Shown here: piece by piece, positions 1-11,429 of the stretch
Layout of the letters: every line of letters begins with the position of its first letter
Numbering within the stretch: position 1 is the stretch's first letter
Assembly (NCBI GenBank): GCA_002633005.1
Contig: NMRA01000244.1
Location: forward strand, 106,976-170,975
DNA: 64,000 nucleotides
Source of the DNA: Phoronis australis
Taxonomy: Eukaryota; Animalia; Phoronida
Direction: 5' to 3'
Position numbers and translations under genes: made by a program
Notes under the pieces: generated by a model
Told to the model about the DNA's origin: nothing
The model's database searches: none
What the model saw: the letters and a program-made list of their open reading frames with translations, nothing else

Positions 1-747
1 CAAAGAATCCCAATCAAAAATTTTTATGACCTATAAGTTTATTGGTTAGCAGTGAAACATGCTCAGACAAGTTTTCATTTATTGAGAAGTCAGTAAATAT
101 TTTACAAGAAAACAGGTGTTCTATAACTTGATAAAATATGAAAGCCAAAAACCTAGCATAAATGGAGCCACAGCTAGAATTCGTAAACATTTTTGTACAA
201 ACTTAGACCAAAATCGCTTTCAAAATCTTCAATTTTTAGAGCTCATCTACGAAAGTTGGTACAGTACATATTCATAATGTCTAACTCTTGGAGACAAAAC
301 ACATGGTATTTAACTTGGTAAACTGTGAGAAGCAAAAAGCTAACATGACTGGGACCTATTATGAAATTCGCACAAATTTTGCGCAAAGTCGGATTGGGAA
401 GAAATTTCACGGGGAAGAAATTTCACGCGACACCGGCTGTAAGGAGACTATAGCCAACCCGGAGCCGTCAATAATTCTCCTTTTAATAAATGAAAATCAT
501 GTCTTCGTGTGCGACGTCCTCGGTAAAACTGTTTTAGTTGGTTCCGGAGAAGTCCATCACTAGCTCAGTAATAACAGGCAAACGATTTTAAGAAAGTGAT
601 GTTTCGATGAATTTTGACGTTACACACCCCACCCCGAATCGATAGATGGCGTGTCGATTAAAAAAGAAAACAAGGTCAAGGTCGACAAATGCTTGTTTTC
701 GTTTTTTAAAAGCTGCATTGTTTTTCCGCTGATCACAAGCAGCCCCA

Positions 748-3088
748 ATGCCTACCTTCACAGTTAATACCAATGTGAGTGCAGCTAAGATACCTGAAGA
801 TCTTCTCACAAAACTTTCGGATAAAGTGGCGAGTCTTCTTGGGAAACCCAAGAGTGTGAGTAGAATGCCCTTCCAACGAAGTTGAACAAGGCCAAGGTTA
901 AAGTTATTAAGTTAGGACACTGGCAAGATAAGTGATACTTCTGTAAAGCAGCACAGTTGTTTCAATCAGAATCACTTGCCAGTCACGCATAGTCAATGCA
1001 CAACACTGGTGTAGTAGTGTTGTAGTGTATATACGTAGTTCAATTGTTGAAGCAGGGCGACGACCCCTGTGTGGGGAAGTAGCTTGGTAAGGAAGTAAAA
1101 ATTTTTATTTTACATCTGTATGTTAAGCACAAAACTAAAAAAATGAGGTATGTAAAATGAACAGTGTTATTCTTTGGCAATATATTTAATTACTGGACAC
1201 GGTTCAATGATTTGCGATAGATCATTTTTGCAAAAAAAACTCGTTTTTTTAAAAAACATTTGCCAATTTTCAACCTACTTTATATTCACATTGTTGCTAA
1301 ATGTTGTGTTACTAATTAATTTGGCCAAGCAATCATTGAAATAAGGAATTAGCCTGCAATGCTGTTATTGTTATTGTTATTATTATTATCATCATTATTA
1401 TTATTATTATTATTATATGAAAATAACAATGATTGATCAAAATCTTTTCTGCTTGTATGTCCATCATCAATCATGGAATTGCCCATTTTTATTTTTTATT
1501 AGCTGGCACAAAAAGTGTCTCGAGACTTGTTTTCAAATACTTTGAGCGTTGAATCTGGCAGAATTTTAGGAAGGGGGCCATGGCCCCCTTGGCCCCTCTC
1601 TAAATCCGCCACTGGATACCCTCACTTCTGTCATATTTCCTTTGTTTCAGTATGTTCAAGTGCACATCAACCCTGGTCAGATGTTAGTCATGGGTGGCAC
1701 CAACGACCCAGCAGCTGCTTGTAGTCTGGTCAGTCTTGGAGGTGTGTCGGGCAGTAAGAACAAGAAAACATCAGAAGCGTTGATGGACATCTTGAGCAAA
1801 GCACTGAATATTGATAAGGCCAGGTAGGGCACTCGACATCTTTAGTATTCTGTCATTTTTTTCCTTAGGTTACTGACATTTTTTTGGTGTAAGTATTCTG
1901 GCATAGGTTGCCATGGTATAGCTTCAGATGTGATTGTTTAAAATTTAGGAGAGAGGGCCGTTGCTGTGCCCAGACTCACTCCACATGATGTCAGTAGTTG
2001 GTCGCACTTGCAATCAACAACTTGACAATGCGAGCTGAGGTTCTGGTTCACTCACATTAGTTTTCTTGGGAATTCTAACTCATGCGAGCTAAGCAGAATG
2101 TCATACACTTTCGCCCACGACTGACAGCCAATAGAAGACCTTGGATATTTCCGTAGCGGCCTCAAATTGTTCAGGTTTCTGAAAGGTGTTTCAAATCTGC
2201 AGTTGGGTGGGAGAATAAACTGGCTGGAGATGAATGGCTTTAGTGTTGGCACAGCAGTCACTCTTTTAAAACTACCGGTAAAATGCATTTTCCTTTAAAA
2301 TAAGTCAAATCAATATTGCGGTGGATCCATGCATTCTAAAATCTGAGGATGTTTTTGGATGGCCAAACCTACAAGTGGAAAGTCCCTATTTTGGGCTTTG
2401 AGGGGGAAACTAGTCCCCATAGTGACTGAGAATTTTGCAGGTGGTCATTCTCACAAAATGGGTCTTTTGGAATTGACATGCAAGGTCAGTGAAAGCATGG
2501 TTTATTTGAATTTCAAGTGTGCAGCTTTGGCTTGAATTAATTAGCACTGCTAATTGGATTTTTAAAAACAGCAAGTGACTGACCTCTTGAGGAACACTCT
2601 TGCCAATGAGGAGAGTTATTCTGTTTTACTTAGAGGCCCATTTGATCAAAAAGCATGAGCCTGATCATAGCTAAGATGGTCGTAGGTCTGCATACTATTG
2701 GGCAGAAAATGCTTGACTACTGATCACTTTCGTAAATGACATTAAGGAATTGTTTGTTAAACAAATAAGATACCACCCTGATCCTAGCCAAGAACAGGCT
2801 TAAGCGACTATTGTGCTCATGCCTTTTGAGTTGTTTTGGGTCATTTTGGGTCTTGCATTGTGTCATTGGTGCGTATTGTGATGCACCATAGACAATGTTA
2901 GACCACACACCGTCTTTCTTGGAATTTTGAAATTTAACAGAGTGACAGCATGCTGTTAATGCATGGTTGGTACTGGAGTATCAATATGCCTTGTGTTGCA
3001 GTATGGTGTGCCTTGATATTTCAGGATGTACATCAATTTTGTGGATGTGGAAGGACAAAATATGGGATGGAATGGATCCACATTTTAA
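748..3088 (+). CDS. MIF: Macrophage migration inhibitory factor, 3 exons (748-855, 1651-1823, 3025-3088), 114 aa
   Basis: Spliced translation MPTFTVNTNVSAAKIPEDLLTKLSDKVASLLGKPKS|YVQVHINPGQMLVMGGTNDPAAACSLVSLGGVSGSKNKKTSEALMDILSKALNIDKAR|MYINFVDVEGQNMGWNGSTF*. It has the catalytic Pro1, TNV, GKP and the C-terminal GWNGSTF. Introns are GT-AG (gtgagt, gtaggg) in phases 0 and 2, and the coding exons of 108+173+64 nt sum to an intact frame. Confidence 0.96.
1365..1417. repeat. (TAT)n imperfect microsatellite in MIF intron 1
   Basis: Run of ttattg/ttatta/atcatc triplets. Confidence 0.85.
1553..1614. mobile_element. Short GC-rich MITE-like repeat ending TAAATCCGCCACTG
   Basis: GGGGGCCATGGCCCCC core and TCCGCCACTG end, shared with copies at about 11335, 39558 and 60296. 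Confidence 0.6.
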
Positions 3089-4105
3089 GAAGGTGTTGCA
3101 GTTATATCAACAGGGACATCTGTAGTTGAGCTATGCCCTTCATTGGTTGTCAACAGAGAAATTGGTGGCAATGCATTTTTACACAGCCATATTTACTAAA
3201 CTTCAGTTTAGTTTTGAAAAAGCATAACAGCTAGGCCAGTGTCATTATTTCCATGCCAAAGGTGTAAGTGTCGCGTGCAAGATTCAAGAAAGGTATTTGA
3301 ACCAAAAGGTAATACATGATAAGTGATTAATTAAGATTGTGAGATTTTGAAAAGTATACACATTTTTCAGTCTTCAAAACTTGACATAGGATTTTGGAAT
3401 TTCTCCTAACTGAATCACTATTGCAACATCTGTAAGCAAGTGAGAGACATTAGTTCTCGTTGACGTCATTCTTCGTCAGAGGATTGTGTAAATACCAGAA
3501 TTTGCTTAATTGGAATATTAACGAACTTGGTTGATCACTGACTCAACTGAACTTCCACCAGTATTTAGCTCAAATTTTGGTTGGTTTCCTGGAGTTGTGG
3601 CACTGGACAGTATGACAGCATCTCTTTACAGAAGCTTGCTTGCCAGCTGTCAAATTAAGCATTTAATAGTCTTCCCTCCACATCAAGCTTTTTAAGTGTT
3701 TAACCTTTATTGTGTTTCATATCACTTTCCATTGCAACAAAGTGCGTAATTTACAAGCTTACAAGTTTCAGTTGGGACTACTTTTAATTGGTCAAAAACA
3801 TGCGCGTTTTCGCACTTATGTGCTTTCCGTAATATTTGACTTGATATTGGACTCAAAGCTTTGTAATTACAGGCCACTGAGTTTTGTGGCGAAATTTTGT
3901 GTTGTTTTGTATTGGTCCAATATCTGCCTACTGTTGTTTTATTGTCATGTACCAACATGTAAACCGACTGGGAAGACTGTAAAAGGAGAGCTATTGTTAA
4001 AATGGTAGTCAATAGTACTTTGAAAATGAGCCTCATATCATCATAGTTGATTTAGTCAAAGGTGAAGGCCATTTTATGTTCGCTTGATATTTTAAAATTG
4101 ATGTT

Positions 4106-4111
4106 AATAAA
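4106..4111 (+). terminator. Candidate MIF polyadenylation signal AATAAA
   Basis: AATAAA followed by a T/GT-rich tract about 1 kb after the MIF stop codon. Confidence 0.4.
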
Positions 4112-4147
4112 TGTGTATGCTTATTTTAACTTTTTCTTGGTCATATC

Positions 4148-4905
4148 TTATATGTCATACAGTATTTCATATTATGTATAACGTCACTGAATTGACACAG
4201 TCCAACCTGTGACTTAGAGATGACTCCAGCAAGCTATTTTATACCTGAGATCAATACCCCCTTGAACTGGCTGAGCCCAGCAATGACTCCAGTCCAGCAT
4301 GATCAACACTCTGAACTGAGGCAGCCCAGCAATGTGTATGAATTTAAGATGGTTCCAGATCTGTTATCTAGCTGTTCAAGTTTCATTTTCTTTATTGCAT
4401 AGAACTTGTTCCTGTGCTGTGCATTTATGTTTAGGTTGTGCAAATATTGCAACTGTTGATAGCCAAGACTTTCCTTTAACATCTCAATTTATTTCCGAAT
4501 TGATTAATTCAACAATCGATTTCAAATAAAGAACACACTATTCAAGGTTCATAAACTCTGGAAATTCTATGCATGGAGTTATCTGAAAGGGGACTGAGGT
4601 CGAGTCTTCAACCACTGGGCGATACCTGGGATATTCGGCTGGAACCGCTGGTAGAGGTCCTTCAGCTTGTAGTGGTCTAGCTTGTCCAGCCTAGTACAGG
4701 GGAACTGTTTTTCCATCAGCCACATTGCGTGGTTGAAAATGGTAAAAGCGAGGGTTGGCTGAAAATTGAGCGAATTTTACCGTCTTTAAGTCAAGTTGTA
4801 TTTCCTCGTGCATTGAAGCATGTCTAGAAAGTCCTAATTTAATGGAACTTGTTACACCAAAATGAATGTTACGCTTCTCACATCCTTGCCCCATTACTAA
4901 AGCCC
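4148..4905 (-). pseudogene. Duplicated last exon (4579-4758), 3'UTR and part of the intron of the sigma-GST gene at 37 kb
   Basis: Colinear and highly similar to about 36568-37325. After the acceptor ttttcag it reads PTLAFTIFNHAMWLMEKQFPCTRLDKLDHYKLKDLYQRFQPNIPGIAQWLKTRPQSPFR*. No upstream GST exons were found nearby. Confidence 0.85.
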
Positions 4906-5699
4906 TATATACTGTATTAGTGACACTACTCCCAGTATACACCCAGGGCCACGGGTCGGTGCGTATAAAGAATGACCAAACCGTGTCTGGTTTGTTGACT
5001 AATTTTGTTAGGAAATCGCTAGTTGTCCAGAACCGTGGCTCAAGTGTCTCGTTTGATGAACAGAAATGTCAATATGAAAATGCGGGAATGAAATTAGACC
5101 TCATTTGATAACTACTAGTAAATACATGATTTAAAATACAGAATATTCACCGCCCGCCGCGCCCCCGGCCTCAATGGGCTCACTCGTCACCTAATAACAA
5201 TTATATCATAACATAACATAATGCACACTTTCAAATCTGACAACAGACTAGTTTACAAACAAATAACTACTTTGAACTTGCCAATCGTCTTGAATGAATT
5301 TTGCTAAACCTTTCAATGTATTTTGGATGATATGAGATAGAGCAGAAACCGATTTTAATATGGTCGAATATGAGTATATTTTTCACAATCAAAGATGGAA
5401 TGATCATCATCTTCAGTTTCGTTTTTACAAACACGACAAATCGTTCATTCACAGGAATTCCGTAGTACAGCGCCACCTCAACCTCTAATGGAGGAATACT
5501 AGCTCTCAACTGAGCTATGACGGATTTCTCTGGGATACTGACAGACGCAAATACTCTTCTACGCAATAGTCGTTCTTAACAGATCTATATAAGCACTTTT
5601 TGGTTTCTCGGTGAATATTTTTAACCAGTTTAACTCTTTAATCTGGAGACTGAATGTTTTGAAGCTTTCGAGAAACACAGTTTGTACCTGAAATTTTCT

Positions 5700-6760
5700 T
5701 TAAAAAATCACATTTCCTCATAACCTTAAATATTGAACATGTCCGATTGCAAGAGATCCGATGTTTAAGGTCCCATAAAAATGCCTTTTCTCAAATTCTG
5801 TTTACATCCATTATAACTAAACGATTCCCAAGCCTTAGCATGTTTTCTTGTTGTTTGTAGTGACGTGAATTCGGCCATCCCGAGTCGCCGTAAGGTACTG
5901 CATTGGCAGAATACTTGTGGACTTCTAAAAATATACGTAGCGCTTTCGTTCTGATCATTTTGTGTTTGGAACACTGAGAGTATCCCTAGATTCCAGATCC
6001 ATACTCTAGAATTATAACATAACATTTACTGTAACTGTGGAAACCCATGTTACCAATATGTTTGTAGTTGTTCGCCAGTGCTTCAATTGCTCTGGACGAG
6101 GAATCTGCCTGTATCTCAGCTGTCGAATTGAAGTCCATTGAGGCTCATACAGAGTTTCATCCAGATATTTATAACATTCTCATAAATTCATAATTAGATC
6201 GCCATAAATGAAGTCAAAACTCGTTTTTGCTTGTTCCCTCTTGCGAATATCAACCGCGTCAGTTTTGGAAAAATTAACAGATATTTGCTAGATATTTGCC
6301 ACCTTGCACACCATCCGTTCAATACGTTCAATAAATCCTGTAAATAGGTCTCATTACCAAAAAATCACAATGCCATCTGCATACATGAGACAGGATAAAT
6401 TACATCCATCAAAACTGATACTTGCTACAAATGTTCGAATCAATAATTAAATAATGTATGAAAATTGTAAACATTGGATTTCTCTGCATGACCCCTCTTT
6501 GTGCTGGAAACCAGTTGGTGTAACTTGAATGTTCTGATTGCATACAGGCTTCCGCTTTCGTCTGCGCTACAGCGATTTTCCTGAATGATAGAATTGTCCA
6601 ACCACTCCTAAATTAATTAATATTTGCAATAAAAAGTGTGAATCTAAATTGTCAAAAACCCGTTCCATTTCTACGAATATCGCAAACTTTGGTCTATAAC
6701 AGGCTATTTTATTTTTCACAAGAGACGGTGAGGGTAAATAAGTGATCACTGAAAATGAAG
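5700..6760 (-). mobile_element. Degenerate non-LTR retrotransposon (LINE) reverse transcriptase fragment
   Basis: Minus-strand FAIFVEMERVFDNLDSHFLLQILINLGVVGQFY (the FVDFxKAFDxV motif) and CLMYADGIVIF (YADD motif, about 6365-6395), with many stops and frameshifts. Confidence 0.8.
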
Positions 6761-7633
6761 ACAAGACCGCCCTTGTCGAAAACCATATTAATTGTTCTGC
6801 ATTCAGTTAGCATTCGACACCGTTTAGTACATTACATAACCCTTTACTTACGGTGGAGAGCAGACTCGTGTCAGTTGGAAGGCAATACCCCCGTCACAGC
6901 GGAGGTGCGGTGCCACTGTGGTGCTCGTACGGCATAAACCGCAGTGGTTCCGCCATTGATCGTCGTAGCACCGCAGACCACCGTCAAATCGCGGACCTTC
7001 TCTGAATGCGTTTTTACATGATATACAATTACTTTATTGAGTTTTACAACTTTTGTTAGTTTGTAATTGTTAGCTCATTAATTTGACCTATAATAAAGTT
7101 ATAGTTGCACTATCATTTACTTGCATCTACAACTATTACAATCTAAACTTGTTCTAAAACCCCGTCTACACCCTGGGACCACGACCCCTCGACTCACGAA
7201 CTGTGGCATTAGAGGTATTTTTGCGCTTTTTACATATTTCATAATCTTCTCTGAGCGACTTTCTTTGAAGACGTGGTGGAACAGAGGTCGACAATCATTG
7301 GCCTGGCAGAATTTTTGCGAAAATAAAAACAAAAAAGCAAATTCTAATTCACATAAGGAAATTGAAGTCTTTTATGAGAAAGCTCCGAACAACTGTTGAA
7401 GTGTTGTCTGAGATAAAATCAGTGATTTCTCAGTTGAACGTCAGACATTTCATCATGATTCATGCGTCCTTGTCGCTGATTTTGTCTTTTTATTGTAATT
7501 ATTTAGTGCCGGGTATGGGAATGTCGTTAAAGACGTTTAATGTATTTTACCCATTTTGAAAAATCTTGCATGGACGACGCACCATAAGAGGCTTGGTGGT
7601 GTGGGAGTCGTGGGTCGAGGGGGTTGTGGGTCG

Positions 7634-7662
7634 NNNNNNNNNNNNNNNNNNNNNNNNNNNNN
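7634..7662. other. Assembly gap (29 N) within a G-rich repeat
   Basis: Run of N flanked by GGGTCGAGGGG repeats. Confidence 0.99.
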
Positions 7663-7831
7663 GGGTCGAGGGGGGTGTGGGGTCGAGGGGTGTGAGAGTC
7701 GAGGAAGTTGAACTATCCTTTTTTGTTCCGGCATTATTTCAAAATTTTCTGGGGTCACTGATACTTATTAGAGAATACACGTGTTGTTGAGGATTTTTCG
7801 TGCCCGGATTTGCTTGGATGTACAACATTAA

Positions 7832-8802
7832 ACAGTACACACCATGGATTTTTGCACATTTTGAATTACCGGTGGCCACAGACTAAATGTATGACGTAAA
7901 ATTTAGCTAAACCCATGTTTATTTTGTGTAATTAGCTCGAAAATTTGATTTTTTTTTCAATTTTGCCAATTTTCACATTTCCCGCCATGTGACGTCATGG
8001 GTTGAACACAAGAGATCAGTGACTAGCATTGAACAATGGCGGAGACCAGGGAATTTGAAAGTGACGACGATTATGAGCAAGAATTGAACGAATACTATGA
8101 AGAAACGTATGGGAATGGTGGCCAGGATGAGGAAATGGGGTTGCACGAAAGCCAGAACAAGTTTAATGTGCTTCCGGCTGCGTACTTTTCTACTTTGAGC
8201 CTTATGAACTGGATCCTCCCGCGAGAGAAGCGGCCTCGCGGGCTCGGCGAGTCAACCCAGTCATCCAACAGACGATCCTGAATTAAGAGCTGATGTTTCT
8301 GAATGATAAATATTGTCCTTTATTGAACCAGGCCTTCATCGTAACGTCTCCTGTGACTGGAGTCGAAACACGAGCCCTCAAAGTGGGCAGAACACAGAGT
8401 GGACCCGGTCCGAATCGCTTGACGGTCCACGATGACGTCCTACACTCTCGTTCGGCGCACGAAGCCATGCCACTTCTGCGCAACTTTGGTGTCCTTCGGA
8501 ACACCGGGACGTTTTCCGCCTGGCTGCTGTTGCTGCAGCCTCCGGAAACACATCTTTTGATCCCTCTTACTACGAACCTTCTCGACGCTAAATGTACTTT
8601 GCTTTCTCTTCACTCTATACACTTTGTCTCTGATCCGAACGGTATGGCGAACGACTTGGGTTCAACCCATGACGTTGTACATAATAATATTTTTTTCAAT
8701 TTTTGCGTGTTTCTTTATGAGCTGTGCACTAAAGGCACTGAAATCAAGTAAGATATAATAATAAAATTTATTTTGAGGTACTAGAGTCATGTTGTGTACA
8801 CT
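7832..8802. mobile_element. Non-autonomous THAP-containing DNA transposon, Kolobok-like
   Basis: TTAA on both sides (7828-31, 8803-06) with imperfect TIRs (ACAGTACACACCATG vs AGTGTACACAACATG). An internal inverted motif GACGTCATGGGTTGAAC occurs at about 7991 and 8660-8675. The minus strand has a broken THAP finger (KRCVSGGCSN..PKDTKVAQKWHGFVRRTR..LCSAHFEGSCF), convergent with an acidic plus-strand ORF start (8036) and a frameshifted PYELDPP motif. Confidence 0.62.
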
Positions 8803-10249
8803 TTAAATTGGTTGAATTTGAATTGATCCGTGTTATTTTCCAAACTCGCATCCTGCAACTTATTAGCATTATTTGACATGATTTCATGGACTTTGCTGTA
8901 TGCGGTTAATACGCAGGCTGAGCTGGTGGTGTTAAGTGAAGATGAAGATGACGGCAAACAACACTTCAACCTCAAGTCCATTGAAGAAGAAAAAGAAAAA
9001 CCAGAAACGGAAATTACAAAAAGAGCCCACTCAGGAGGATTCATTTAAGGTTTGACATTTATTTTTATATTCATGCGCATGTCCTCTGTCTTAGAGTATT
9101 AATGACATGTTTAATTTGTCCTTCGGCACAAGTTCGTGCACAATTAGTATAGCTTTGATGTAAGTACATTTATGACTTCAATACATGTTGGAAGAAATAA
9201 TTCTCAAGTTTCAGTTAGTGAACAGTTTGAACAATTCTTGATTTACACCATCGCACTATTGGACTTTGCGTGTTAGAAGTAGTACTTTCAATCACACTGT
9301 GGTTACAAATTGGTTTTTCATTATGTTTGGTCTTCATTTCTATTTTTTGGTCCAAAATTTTAAAAAGATAAATACATTGAGCACAACACTGACTGAACTT
9401 GTCTGGATCTCATATTTTGGATTCCATTGATGATTGTTTTGTGGAGTTATATCGTACTTGAGAATGTCTCTATATAATGCTTCAAGGTAACTTTATGTTT
9501 GCAGTTATAACTTTTCTCTAACAAGGGGTGCCAATTTTCATAACGTCTCATCAAGTTTTCCCGAAAGCTTACCGCTATATCCTTATTAGCCTGGCACAAA
9601 TCAGGGACCCATCCCAAAGCCATGGGACACCTAGTAAAATTAAGTCTTGGTGACTTAGCAGAGGGATTGAAATGGTAACTGATGAGATGGCAATTGTAAC
9701 CATTGGGGATACCTTTAAAATTGTCGTGGCCATGGATCTTGAGTACTGTAGCAAATGGGAGTCGGAACACCTCAGAAAGTTTAGATAATGTGTGAGGCAG
9801 GGACTGAGAAACCTTAATGCGACGCTACTTGTCTTCAAAGGTTGATATCAAGCATTTCGCGATTTGAGGCCATGTACAGTTCTCACCTGTTTAATAAAGA
9901 CCCATTCTCACCTGTTTAGTAAAGACCCATCCTCGGCTGAGTTCAAGACGATTACGGCGATGGAGGTCATATTGGAAGAGAAGGTCAAGAGAAGCAAGGA
10001 TAAAAGTAATAAGTGTACACTGCGTGTTCAGGGTCAAAATCATTGCGGCCCTATCACTGGGCTGTCGGCTGACTGACTAATGGATTGGGTTGATCTCCTG
10101 TGGGAACATGTGATAACCAACTCGAGAGGTTTACACTTCAGCTTCTAGTTCCGGAATAGCTGAAAGCCTATTGTGTTTCGTCGTGATCGGATTCAAGATG
10201 GCATCGTCATTCGTCACATGTTTGTTTTCATCTCGTCCACCATCTCCAC

Positions 10250-10301
10250 AATCATCATCATCATCACCACCACCACCACCACCATCATCATCATCATCTC
10301 C

Positions 10302-10335
<34 letters not shown>

Positions 10336-10337
10336 TC
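10250..10337. repeat. Compound (CAT)n/(CAC)n microsatellite
   Basis: Directly visible. It explains the poly-S/P and poly-I/T ORFs. Confidence 0.95.
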
Positions 10338-10587
10338 TACATTGTCATCTGTTCAGTCAATTTCACCAAGTGTGGCTGCTCCAAGCCCTTCTAATTATTC
10401 TGTGTAAAAACCAAAGGTCAGCTACAGAACGCATAAGAAATTTAGAAATAAGACAAGGAATGTCAGTTAAAGCATTATGGAAAGTAAGTCCGGGCAAGCC
10501 TATACGATTGTGTAAATAGACGCTTTGAATATATTCATATATTAAAAACTAATGTTCCATGTACATACATGTACACACCTGATACAA

Positions 10588-10858
10588 TGTCTCATAAAAT
10601 TGATGCACGTTAATACCAGCCAGCTATCCGTGATTAGGAATGTTAATGCATTAATGGAACGAAAGTAGGGGAACAGTATAAGATTATGTAAATAGACCGT
10701 GTTAGTGTATTGATAATATAGTATTGTCTCATAAAATTGATACACGTTAATACCAGCCAGCCATCTGTGATTTCGAATGTTAATGTATTAATGGAACGAA
10801 AGCAGGAGAACAGTATAAGATTATGTAAATAGACCGTCTTAGTATATTGATAATATAA
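10588..10858. repeat. Tandem duplication, 2 copies of about 137 bp
   Basis: TGTCTCATAAAATTGAT...TATTGATAATATA begins at 10588 and again at 10725. Confidence 0.9.
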
Positions 10859-11334
10859 TAAAAAGTAATATTTCAAGTACGCATTTGAATAAGTCATTTA
10901 TTAATTTAAATACACGTGACACAAGATATATTTCGGAATATGTTGAATCAAGGTACATTGACATGAGAAATATTTTACCTAGTGTACGAACAAGGTACAT
11001 TCACATTATAAGCAAGAAAGTTTTGAGACTTCCCTTGTTTCAGTATTCGATTTTTTTTTCGTTATACGTTGATATTTTGAACACATAAAGTTGTGAACTG
11101 TCGATGGTAGAAGTGCTAGTCACATGTGTTACAGTTTCCCTGCAGAATTCTGAATAAGCCTTTTGGCGAAAACTTAGTGTATATAAGTAAATGTGCAGAA
11201 ATGCACATAAAAGCAATAGATCAGCAAATGCGTCTCGCATCGCCAGTCTATTGGGGGATCTTTCAAGTGTTACAAGTTTCTTGTTCCACGTTTCTAGCCG
11301 TAAAGTCCTCAAAATCTCCGTTTATGTTGGTGTA

Positions 11335-11416
11335 CAGTGGCGGATTTAGAGGGGGCCAAAGGCGCCGTGCCCCCCCCCAACTCAGAATCGTGGATCCGCT
11401 CCTGGATCCGCTCCTG
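11335..11416. mobile_element. Short MITE-like repeat (CAGTGGCGGATTTAGAGGGGG...GGATCCGCTCCTG)
   Basis: Imperfect terminal inverted repeat. Same family as the copies at 1553, 39558 and 60296. Confidence 0.65.
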
Positions 11417-11429
11417 CTGTAGCACTGGA

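Noticed and set aside
9560-10010. Possible hAT transposase remnant
   Set aside because: Coding-like composition, but multiple stops and no motif I can identify securely.
10171-10407. Pro/Ser-rich and Ile/Thr-rich ORFs
   Set aside because: They are translations of the CAT/CAC microsatellite.
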